Part shown: positions 29,326 to 36,700 of the stretch, one piece after another | How positions within the stretch are numbered: position 1 is the stretch's first letter | Layout of the letters: every line of letters starts with the position of its first letter | Assembly (NCBI GenBank): GCA_028285585.1 | Contig: JANQOU010000008.1 | Location: forward strand, 116,298-180,297 | DNA length: 64,000 nucleotides | From: Acidimicrobiia bacterium | GTDB lineage: Bacteria; Actinomycetota; Acidimicrobiia; Spongiisociales; ZC4RG35 | Direction of reading: 5' to 3' | The notes under the pieces: model-generated | Seen by the model: the letters and a program-made list of their open reading frames with translations, nothing else | Database searches by the model: none | Told to the model about the DNA's origin: nothing | Translations under genes and position numbers: made by a program

Positions 29326-29631
29326 TCAGTCGTCGTTTTCCGTAGTCAGCGAAACGGCCACGGCGTCGAGAATTGCTCCCACGGCGAGATGGTCTTCCAG
29401 GGGATGGCGCAGGGGCTTGTCGGCATTCACTTCGTAGTGATTGCGCCTGCCGACTTTGGTGTGGGAGAGATAGCCGGCCGCCTCGAGTTCGGAGATGATC
29501 CTCTGTGCAGAGCGCTCCGTTATGCCGACCAGACTTGAGATGTCCCGAGTCAAGATGTCTGGATTCGCCGCAATGCAAAGCAGCACATGCGAGTGATTCG
29601 TCAGAAACGTCCAGTGTTGACTCATAGGCAC
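29326..29631 (-). CDS. Small winged-helix transcriptional regulator (ArsR/MarR-like)
   Basis: HTH TRDISSLVGITERSAQRIISELEAAGYL; directly upstream of mrpA on the same strand. GTG 29631 or ATG 29625. Confidence 0.75.
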   Translation of the reverse strand: MPMSQHWTFLTNHSHVLLCIAANPDILTRDISSLVGITERSAQRIISELEAAGYLSHTKVGRRNHYEVNADKPLRHPLEDHLAVGAILDAVAVSLTTENDD

Positions 29632-29679
29632 ACCCTAATTCGAAGTTCATATCGTGACTCGGAAAACACGAATCCAAAT

Positions 29680-30648
29680 TCAGTCAATCACCATCGACGG
29701 ATGGTCCCACGGTGGTGGCACCGGGCTCACAAACCAGGGCGGCTTGACCGCCAGCAGCGAGGCGTCGATGGTTGCGAGCACTCGTTCGGCAGTGTTGCCG
29801 ACGATCAGGCCGGCAATCCCCTTTCGGGCGACCGTCCCCATAACCACCACGGCCGGCTCCACCTTCTCAACGAGGGCGACCAAGGCCTCTTCCGGTCGGC
29901 CGTGACTCAGGTGAATCTCCGCCTCGGCAGCCAAAGGGACTTCGGCCAGAAGAGCATCAATCATCGAGTTGGCCGTGTCTTCGGTCTCACGCAGCAGGCC
30001 TTGCACCTGATCGCGGGGAATCTGAACCCTGCTGCCGAGCAAAAGAGATTCGCCAGGAAGACGCCACGCGTGCACCACATGACAGCGAACACCGAGACGC
30101 TCCGCCAGAGAGGTGCCCAACTCGAGGATGGTGCGATTGAGATCTCTCGACTCGGACTCGAGCTCAGGGCCGATCGCAACCATCACATCGCCCGACTGGT
30201 GCTCCTCGTCGACGACCCACACCGGAACCGGCGACTTTCTCATCAAGTGGGCAATCGTCGGATCGAGGCGGGCAGAAGCCTGGTCTCGTGGTTGTGAGCC
30301 GACCAGAACCATGTCGTGACCACCGTTGTAGACCTGATTGATGACCTCGACGAAGTCGACACCGCTGCGCACCACCACATCCGGCGTGGAGTACTCGAAG
30401 GTCTCCGCTGTTTGCCTCAGTCGCTCAGTCGCCGACTCGGCCAGCGCCCGTTCGAGAGCGTCGGTGGTCGACCGTGCACGGCCGAACAACCCGCCGGCCG
30501 ACTCCACCACATCCACGACGGTGACCGTGGCGTCGTTCTGACGCGCCAACTCGTCTGCCGTCTTGACCACGGCCTCGGCCGGCTTGTCCACAGGCAGATA
30601 GACGAGAAGACTCTGGAAACGCCTCATCGCGTCTCGACTCGAGACCAC
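29680..30648 (-). CDS. Tandem universal stress protein (two Usp domains)
   Basis: Two UspA-like halves, each ending with a G-x2-G-x9-G(S/T)-type block (VMGTVARKGIAGLIVGNTAERV). ATG at 30627 is a likely alternative start. Confidence 0.85.
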   Translation of the reverse strand: MVSSRDAMRRFQSLLVYLPVDKPAEAVVKTADELARQNDATVTVVDVVESAGGLFGRARSTTDALERALAESATERLRQTAETFEYSTPDVVVRSGVDFVEVINQVYNGGHDMVLVGSQPRDQASARLDPTIAHLMRKSPVPVWVVDEEHQSGDVMVAIGPELESESRDLNRTILELGTSLAERLGVRCHVVHAWRLPGESLLLGSRVQIPRDQVQGLLRETEDTANSMIDALLAEVPLAAEAEIHLSHGRPEEALVALVEKVEPAVVVMGTVARKGIAGLIVGNTAERVLATIDASLLAVKPPWFVSPVPPPWDHPSMVID

Positions 30649-30660
30649 ATATGCTTCATA

Positions 30661-30699
30661 TTACACGTTATTCATAACGTGCAATGTGAAACGTGTCAA
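30661..30699 (-). promoter_or_regulatory. Promoter-operator module A (TTGACA -17 nt- TATGAA with overlapping palindrome TTACACGTTAT-TC-ATAACGTGCAA)
   Basis: Read on minus strand: TTGACA(30699-30694), 17-nt spacer, TATGAA(30676-30671). Palindrome at 30661-30684. Upstream of usp. Confidence 0.6.
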
Positions 30700-30700
30700 G

Positions 30701-32611
30701 CTACGCGGAGAACACAAGGCGCATCTCCGCTTGTGACTCGTCATCGGCAACCAGGGTCAACTCGTCTCCGACCTGAAGGCGCGTTCGCCCGTCCACCAAC
30801 AGAGCCGCCCTGTCACGCCGAACCTCCATGAGCAGCACTCCCGGCGGGAGGCGAAGCCCAGCGACCGTCGCTCCGTCGAGATCTGGGTTGGCGACCGTCA
30901 CCTGCACGATCTCACGACCGCGGTTGTGCTCGAACAGCAGAGAGGTGGCGTTCGGAGTCAACACGGCCTGCGCCAGAAGCGCCACCACACCGGTCGTCGG
31001 ATGCACGTTGATGACACCATCGACAGCAATGTTCCCGTCGCTTGCTGCGGTGGTCGGCCTAGTCGCGAGCCGGCTCACCCCGTGCTTGTCCGCCGCGAAG
31101 CGGACGATCGAGGTGTTGGCATCGTCGTCCTCGAGCATGGCCACCACGCCCGACACCCTCTCCGAGAACAACTCGGCAAGATCCTCCTCGTCGACACCGG
31201 GAATCGTCACCTCGGTGCAGAACTCGTGAATCTCGACCTCAGATCGTTCGGAGTCCACCCGAACCACGATGACCTCATGATCTTCGGCAGCAAGGATCCT
31301 CGCCACTTCGATGGGTTGGTTGCCGGCCCCGAACACCAGCATCCGCCCGAGGTCGCCGGCGAACTCAGGCTCGTGAGACTCCCCCACGCCGCGCAGCGCA
31401 GACTTGAGGAACAGAGGGCCCGCGATCTCGTTGATGACGACAACCGAGATGATCAATGTTGCAAAGGCATCGCCCAGCGTTGGGAACTGGACCGCCACCT
31501 CCCTGGCCAGGCCTAGCGCAATGCCTGCCTGTGTGACGTAGGCCATCCATGAGTATCGGCGATGCCTGCGGGGCTCCGACCCGAATCGCCCGCCCAAGGA
31601 GGAGCCGACGCCAATGCCGATCAAGCGGACGAGGAACAACCCGAGCGCCACCGGTAGGACCGAGAGGAGAAGGTCGAGCTTCAGGCTGAGCCCGGTGACG
31701 GTGAAGAAGGCGACGTAGACCGAAGGGCCGACCTTGTGCAGCAGGTCTTCGAAGTTGACCCTCTGGGAGGAGTAGTTGGCGACGTAGAGCCCAGCGATCA
31801 ACGAGATGAGGAGAGGCTCGATGTAGACCTCGAAACCCACCAAGTCCGCGCTGGTCGCACGGATGTACCGAGCCAGCTCATAGACCCCAAAGCCAATCGC
31901 AAGCACGGCTGCCGCTTTCGCCGCGAGAGGGCCTCGCCGGGCAATGACCCATGCGATCAGCATGCCGACACTCACCCCGATCCCGAGAGCAGCGACGAGG
32001 TCAATCACCACCACACCGATGAATGCGATGTCCAAGCCGGCGTTCTCGAGCAACGGGGAGGCGAGCGACGTCACCACAGCGAACAGGACGATGATGGCGA
32101 CATCCATGAGGATCGTCACCCCCAGAACCGTCCTGGTGAAACGACCCCGAGCCTGGACGTCTTTGATCACGGCTATCACCGACGGCGGTGAGAGAGCGAG
32201 AAGCACGGCAGCGCCAAGCATGGCGAGGGCGATCCTCGGCCCCGATCCGAAGTCGGCGGTGAACGGGATCACGGGTGCCAACAGATAGATGGCCGTGGCC
32301 AGCACGAGGTAGCCGAACACCAGGATCCCACCGACCGTTGCTCCGATCGCCCTGCGCCGCGGCTTGAGCTCCCGCAGAAGGAGCTCGGCTCCGGCGACCA
32401 TCGCGATCACAGCGAGGGAAACCTCATCGACGAATCGGAGGTCCGTGGTCGCCGACGCGGGCAGCATCCGCAGCACGAAAGGCCCCGCGAGAGCGCCAGT
32501 GAGCAGGTACCCGGTGATTGTGGGGAGACGAGCACGCTTGAAGGCCTTGCCCACGAGGTACGAAGCAAGGCAGATCACCCCGAAGACAGCGAGCTCACGT
32601 CCGAATGTCAT
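30701..32611 (-). CDS. CPA2-family cation:proton antiporter with C-terminal RCK (TrkA-N / TrkA-C) domains
   Basis: About 12 TM Na+/H+ exchanger core, then Rossmann-like MLVFGAGNQPIEVARIL and TrkA-C-like tail. Confidence 0.85.
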   Translation of the reverse strand: MTFGRELAVFGVICLASYLVGKAFKRARLPTITGYLLTGALAGPFVLRMLPASATTDLRFVDEVSLAVIAMVAGAELLLRELKPRRRAIGATVGGILVFGYLVLATAIYLLAPVIPFTADFGSGPRIALAMLGAAVLLALSPPSVIAVIKDVQARGRFTRTVLGVTILMDVAIIVLFAVVTSLASPLLENAGLDIAFIGVVVIDLVAALGIGVSVGMLIAWVIARRGPLAAKAAAVLAIGFGVYELARYIRATSADLVGFEVYIEPLLISLIAGLYVANYSSQRVNFEDLLHKVGPSVYVAFFTVTGLSLKLDLLLSVLPVALGLFLVRLIGIGVGSSLGGRFGSEPRRHRRYSWMAYVTQAGIALGLAREVAVQFPTLGDAFATLIISVVVINEIAGPLFLKSALRGVGESHEPEFAGDLGRMLVFGAGNQPIEVARILAAEDHEVIVVRVDSERSEVEIHEFCTEVTIPGVDEEDLAELFSERVSGVVAMLEDDDANTSIVRFAADKHGVSRLATRPTTAASDGNIAVDGVINVHPTTGVVALLAQAVLTPNATSLLFEHNRGREIVQVTVANPDLDGATVAGLRLPPGVLLMEVRRDRAALLVDGRTRLQVGDELTLVADDESQAEMRLVFSA

Positions 32612-32636
32612 CGATGCGCCGGCCTATGGGTTCGGC

Positions 32637-32672
32637 GACAAAACTGGGAGCCCGGTCGTGGACCGGGCTCCC
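32637..32672 (-). terminator. Intrinsic-terminator-like hairpin inside the antiporter leader
   Basis: Perfect 12-bp stem GGGAGCCCGGTC / GACCGGGCTCCC, 3-nt loop, followed on minus strand by AGTTTTG; lies 26 nt upstream of the antiporter ATG. Confidence 0.55.
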
Positions 32673-32735
32673 TTGGTGAAGGACAAGCAGCTTCTGAGTT
32701 GGAGGAGTTGATGACGCACCTAGGGGACTCGTGCG

Positions 32736-32927
32736 TCAGCGTGCAGCTACCGCGTTTCGTTCAGGCACCTGCTCCCGATTCCTTCGGCGTAAGACCGAGA
32801 TATCTCTGGAGTCTGATCGGTCGGTGAGCAACCTGAGCCGTGCCGGGATCGGATTGAGCAGGCTGACCGTTTCCCCAACACTCGTTGCGGCGAGTGGCGG
32901 ATTCAGCAGGGACATGCGCTCTGACAT
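32736..32927 (-). CDS. Small leader ORF (63 aa) with internal SLLNP repeat
   Basis: AAGGAGG 8 nt upstream of ATG. SLLNP is encoded twice with different Ser codon families (TCC vs AGC) and a synonymous Leu change, arguing for peptide-level conservation. Confidence 0.5.
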   Translation of the reverse strand: MSERMSLLNPPLAATSVGETVSLLNPIPARLRLLTDRSDSRDISVLRRRNREQVPERNAVAAR

Positions 32928-32961
32928 CTTCTTGACCTCCTTTGGCTCTACATGACATTTG

Positions 32962-33000
32962 TTACACGATACTTATAACGTGTAATAGAGTTCGTGTCAA
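32962..33000 (-). promoter_or_regulatory. Promoter-operator module B (TTGACA -17 nt- TATAAG with palindrome TTACACGATAC-TT-ATAACGTGTAA)
   Basis: Same geometry as module A: -35 at 33000-32995, -10 at 32977-32972, palindrome 32962-32985. Upstream of the small ORF and antiporter. Confidence 0.6.
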
Positions 33001-33111
33001 GTGGTTTGTCGGTCAACAGGCTCATGAAGGGCGCGGATCTTCGTAACCCGACACCACAGCCCAAGGTCTTACTCACCACAGGATTCCCTCGCCACCAGGA
33101 GTGCCACACCA

Positions 33112-33681
33112 ATGACAACAGCAGTGATAGCCGGCCGCGCCCTTCCCAGCTCGCGTGCCATGTCCATCTTCCTCGTCGTGGTCGCTGCCGGCCTGACAGC
33201 CCTTGCGGCCCAGTGGCGCATCCAGCTCCCCTTCACTCCCGTCCCCATCACTGGCTCGACTTTCGCCGTGCTGCTCACCGGCGCCGCACTCGGTTGGCGT
33301 CTCGGTGGCCTCGGGCAGCTGCTCTACTTGGGGATCGGCGTGGCCGGTGTCCCGGTGTTCACAAACGGCACAGGGGGCGTCGAAGTCATCAGGGGTGCGA
33401 CTGGCGGGTACATCATCGGCTTCGTGCTCGCTGCTGCTGCCATCGGATGGCTTGCAGAGCGGCGGCAAGACCGGACCTTCTCAGGCATGTTCACCGCCTT
33501 CCTGGCTGGCTCGGCGATCATCTACATCTGCGGAGTGATCGGGCTCATGGGTGCCACCGGGTGGCCCGTGGCCCAAGCCGTGGAGAACGGTGTCGTGCCC
33601 TTCCTGCTCGGCGACCTGGTCAAGGCAGGGGCTGCCGGGCTGCTGCTCCCGACAGCCTGGCGCTTGCTGGCCAACGACTGA
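33112..33681 (+). CDS. bioY: Biotin transporter BioY
   Basis: 189 aa, BioY blocks (VPITGSTFAVLLTGAALG, GATGGYIIGF, PFLLGDLVKA). Confidence 0.9.
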   Translation: MTTAVIAGRALPSSRAMSIFLVVVAAGLTALAAQWRIQLPFTPVPITGSTFAVLLTGAALGWRLGGLGQLLYLGIGVAGVPVFTNGTGGVEVIRGATGGYIIGFVLAAAAIGWLAERRQDRTFSGMFTAFLAGSAIIYICGVIGLMGATGWPVAQAVENGVVPFLLGDLVKAGAAGLLLPTAWRLLAND

Positions 33682-33746
33682 GCGTTGAACATCTAGGTCT
33701 GGCAAGTCTCGGCTGATTCAACACGCCCGCTGATACGCCTAGGTAT

Positions 33747-33785
33747 CCACAACTTGGAGGCACTTTAGGCTGGAGCAAGTTGTGG
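33747..33785. terminator. Inverted repeat between convergent bioY and avidin-like genes
   Basis: CCACAACTTG ... CAAGTTGTGG, 10-bp arms, 19-nt spacer; no clear U-tract. Confidence 0.3.
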
Positions 33786-33798
33786 CGAACTCCCGCTT

Positions 33799-34233
33799 TT
33801 AAGCGTCCACAGGAGCCGGCGGAGAGGAGGCATGGCCGCGCTGTTGCGCCTTTTTGACTGCTTCCGGGGTTGGAGCAAGGCGCGTAAATATGTCCTGCCC
33901 GACCTTGGTCGCCTGCCAGTCGTCTTGTGGTGCCATCTCACTGACCAGGAACCAGAATGCTGAGATCTCCTCTGCTCCAGATTCGTCAATTTGGTACTGA
34001 CCTGCCCACGCCGTAGTCGAGTGCGCATTTCCGTACGAGTTGACCCAAGTCACAGCCCAAGCACAGGACTGGCCACCAGCTGCGGGAGCGGTGTTGAAAC
34101 GACCTACCAATTGGTAGAAGTCCTTGGCATCTCCAACAGCTGACGAGTATTGCCCGGACAACTGACCGTCAGAAGCGGCGATCCTCATCATCGACCCAAG
34201 CTCGTTATGCCAAACACCAGAAATATCAGCCAC
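33799..34233 (-). CDS. Avidin/streptavidin-family biotin-binding protein, no signal peptide
   Basis: Colinear with core streptavidin: WHNELGS, GQYSSAVGD, WAVTWVN, NAHSTTAWAGQY, FWFLVS, DDWQATKVGQDIFT. GTG start with GAGGTG upstream; in-frame TGA four codons upstream. Confidence 0.85.
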   Translation of the reverse strand: MADISGVWHNELGSMMRIAASDGQLSGQYSSAVGDAKDFYQLVGRFNTAPAAGGQSCAWAVTWVNSYGNAHSTTAWAGQYQIDESGAEEISAFWFLVSEMAPQDDWQATKVGQDIFTRLAPTPEAVKKAQQRGHASSPPAPVDA

Positions 34234-34270
34234 GTCAGCACCTCAACTCGCTAATTGATCTATCACATAG

Positions 34271-34298
34271 CTATTTGTACGTGAGGTCTCTTCACTTC
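34271..34298 (-). promoter_or_regulatory. Shared promoter-like motif GAAGTG-N14-ACAAATAG (copy upstream of avidin-like gene)
   Basis: Minus-strand reading; ACAAATAG ends 37 nt before the GTG start. Confidence 0.4.
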
Positions 34299-34505
34299 AT
34301 GTCGGTCAAGCCGAGTTGCGTACAAGATGTCGGCCAGGTTGCACCTAAACTGGGACAGGCCGGCCTCAGCGTCGATGAAAGGGGCGAGTCGACCGGCCTG
34401 TCCCATCCAGTTCTTTGTCCGGAGACAACTTCTTCTTTCGATGCAATAGATCGGCGACTCGAGACAAATAACTGGTTGGTTAGAACCGTCGATGAAGGGG
34501 GACCC

Positions 34506-35036
34506 ATGTTTGGCGTGCTCACGTCAATCGCACTCGTACTCTCCAGCACTGCTGCGCCAGCTGCCGACAGGCCCGCAACCCACGATGACGTTCACTGTGT
34601 CACCTTCGTTGTTGGGCAAGAAGAGGATGGCCAGCTGATCCTCACAGAGCCCGAATGCTTCAGGCATGAGGCTCATGCTCAGCTATGGGCTCTTGTTGGC
34701 TTGCAACAGCCAGCCTTCACCTTCAGCTCCTTTGGGAGCTTTGGCGGTGGCCTGACCGCCTTCTCTTCAATGACGCTCGGTAAGCACTACTCCGGATCCA
34801 ACGGCACGGGCTCATCGATCACAGTGGTGGGATCGTCGTGCACTGGCGGTTATTGGAACACATGGACATCGTGGGACAACAGAATCTCTTCGTCCTACAA
34901 CGGCTGCGCGAGGCTGCGGCACTATGACCTGCCCAACAAGGCCGGGACGAGCCAGAACACCTACGGCGCCGGCACGACCGACAACCTCACCTACATGAAC
35001 AACAGGACCGAGTCGATTTCGTATCACTCCAGCTAA
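34506..35036 (+). CDS. Secreted hypothetical protein
   Basis: ATG 34506 (GAAGGGGGA upstream) gives signal-like MFGVLTSIALVLSSTAAPAA. C-terminal Cys/Trp/Asn-rich domain (WDNRISSSYNGC...MNNRTESISY). The ORF-track TTG 34275 extension looks non-coding. Confidence 0.6.
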   Translation: MFGVLTSIALVLSSTAAPAADRPATHDDVHCVTFVVGQEEDGQLILTEPECFRHEAHAQLWALVGLQQPAFTFSSFGSFGGGLTAFSSMTLGKHYSGSNGTGSSITVVGSSCTGGYWNTWTSWDNRISSSYNGCARLRHYDLPNKAGTSQNTYGAGTTDNLTYMNNRTESISYHSS

Positions 35037-35145
35037 GTCGCATGAGTTCCACCTAGTCCCAAACCCGGAGGTTCACTCGGACAAGTCAGACGCCGACATC
35101 ATTCTCGCCTCGATCGATCGTCCGTCCGAATTCGGGGCCATCTTC

Positions 35146-35664
35146 TTGCGGCACTACGACCGCGTGTATGCCTACGCAGCGAGACGTACCGGACGCTCAG
35201 AATCCGAGGACATAGCAGCTGAGGTCTTCGTCACGGCCTTCAAGATCCGGCATCGCTACAACGCGAGCCACCCCAACTGCCTGGCCTGGTTGCTGGGCAT
35301 TGCCCGCAACACGGTCGGCGACAGACTTCGGGCAACAAAGCGACGTGACCGCATCTACCTTCGGCTACAGGGCGACACAACGCCACTCATGTCTGAAGAG
35401 GCGGATGGGCGTCTCCTCGCCGCTTCTCTGAGCAAGCCGCTGAACGATGCCTTGCGGAAGTTGTCGACGAACGATCGCGAAGCCTTCCTCCTATACGCCG
35501 TCGACCAGCTCACATACTCAGAGATCGCTGTGACACTTGGGGTTCCCCAAGGAACCGTGGGGTCGCGAATCACTCGCGCCAGGCGAAAGATCGGTCAAGT
35601 GATCCCCAACCTGCAACAAATCAGTGGGCGAATGGGAGACGACATGGAGGCAGGTGGTGCCTGA
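35146..35664 (+). CDS. ECF-type RNA polymerase sigma factor
   Basis: Region 2 (RHYDRVYAYAARRTG...EDIAAEVF) and region 4 HTH (LTYSEIAVTLGVPQGTVGSRITRARRKI). TTG start is the first canonical start; sigma-like sequence seems to continue upstream. Confidence 0.85.
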   Translation: MRHYDRVYAYAARRTGRSESEDIAAEVFVTAFKIRHRYNASHPNCLAWLLGIARNTVGDRLRATKRRDRIYLRLQGDTTPLMSEEADGRLLAASLSKPLNDALRKLSTNDREAFLLYAVDQLTYSEIAVTLGVPQGTVGSRITRARRKIGQVIPNLQQISGRMGDDMEAGGA

Positions 35665-36634
35665 GCGACAGCATCGCCTCGACCGCCTGATCCGGATCGT
35701 TGCCGGCACTCCCGTGGCCAGCCGCGCCGCACGCGATCAGGCCGAACGAGACCTTTCAGCGGCCATGAGCTCTCCACCTGTAGTTTCGCCACGCCGACCC
35801 ACCCTGCTGTTGGGGCTCTTGACACTGCTCGTGCTGGTGGTCGTTGTCTTCCTGGTTCAAGCTGCAAGCTTCAGCCCCGCCGCGGCCACCATCAATCAAC
35901 TCGCCGAAATCGCTGAACAAGTTGGGCCTGTTGAAGCCCGGGACGCTTCCTTCGTGTACACCAGGTCGACAACAGCCAGCCTGGTGGTGATACCCAAGGA
36001 AGGCCTTCGAGGTGTGTCGTACGACTCGGATCACCTCGTGTACGAAGAGCGAACGATCCGCGAGTCCTGGATAGGAACCGACGGCACGGTCCAGATCTCA
36101 ATCACAGTCCTCGACCCAATGTTTCTGTCCGACAACGACAGGGCCACCTACTACGCGGCCGGCATCAACGAGCAGGATCAAGTGGGAGAGACAGTCACCT
36201 CCACAATCAGCCAAGCAGAAGACGTCGTATGGCCGTCCGACCCCAACTCTCTCGACGAGGTCATCCGCCGGCATCTCGCTAACGAAAGCGACCTCCCACA
36301 GGCAGTGAAATACCTGAATATGGCTCTCGGCATAATCCGAGAGTCTCATGCCTCGCCAGACCTGCGAGCTGCGACGATGCGACTAGTGGGCACTCTCGAT
36401 GACCTCGAGCTCCTCGGAGTAGACGACGCCGGCACGGCCACGTTCTCAATCAGTTTCGTCGAGCAGGGAATCGACAAGACACAGACCTTCAGCCTCGACA
36501 CCTCCGGCTATGTCCGTCTAGAACGGACCACCAGGGTGGCGGATGATCCGACGTTCGGCATCCCCGCCCAAACTGTGGAGTCGCAGTGGATCTCAGAGCA
36601 ACCTCGCCTCGTGTCGACGCTCGACTCTCCGTAG
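35624..36634 (+). CDS. Single-pass membrane protein downstream of ECF sigma (putative anti-sigma factor)
   Basis: Overlaps sigma gene end (alternative GTG at 35657); one TM (LLLGLLTLLVLVVVVFLV); large extracytoplasmic domain; gene order typical of sigma/anti-sigma pairs. Confidence 0.6.
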   Translation: MGEWETTWRQVVPERQHRLDRLIRIVAGTPVASRAARDQAERDLSAAMSSPPVVSPRRPTLLLGLLTLLVLVVVVFLVQAASFSPAAATINQLAEIAEQVGPVEARDASFVYTRSTTASLVVIPKEGLRGVSYDSDHLVYEERTIRESWIGTDGTVQISITVLDPMFLSDNDRATYYAAGINEQDQVGETVTSTISQAEDVVWPSDPNSLDEVIRRHLANESDLPQAVKYLNMALGIIRESHASPDLRAATMRLVGTLDDLELLGVDDAGTATFSISFVEQGIDKTQTFSLDTSGYVRLERTTRVADDPTFGIPAQTVESQWISEQPRLVSTLDSP

Positions 36635-36654
36635 CGGCCACGAGTCGGCCAACC

Positions 36655-36682
36655 GAATAGAAGCCGAGGCTTGGACAAATAG
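36655..36682 (+). promoter_or_regulatory. Shared promoter-like motif GAATAG-N14-ACAAATAG (copy upstream of papain-fold gene)
   Basis: ACAAATAG ends 18 nt before the TTG start at 36701; GGAGGTGG lies between. Confidence 0.45.
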
Positions 36683-36700
36683 TCGGGTGGAGGTGGAACT

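Noticed and set aside
29632-29690. Third copy of the promoter-operator module upstream of the wHTH/mrp operon
   Set aside because: Only CACGATATGAA, a half-site plus a -10-like element, is shared. There is no second palindrome arm and no well-spaced TTGACA.
32612-32965. Known riboswitch (c-di-AMP ydaO-type or a Na+/K+-related class) in the antiporter leader
   Set aside because: Two CUGCU(G/C)AAUCCG repeats and some GGGGA/CCGA elements made me consider it. However, the repeats are better explained as the synonymously encoded SLLNP peptide repeat, and I could not reconstruct the conserved riboswitch architecture by eye. An Infernal scan is needed.
30661-32985. Assigning the TTACACG-N10-CGTGTAA palindromes to DosR or Rex
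   Set aside because: Usp genes are often DosR- or Rex-controlled, but the sequence does not match the remembered DosR (GGGAC...GTCCC) or Rex (TTGTGAA...TTCACAA) boxes.
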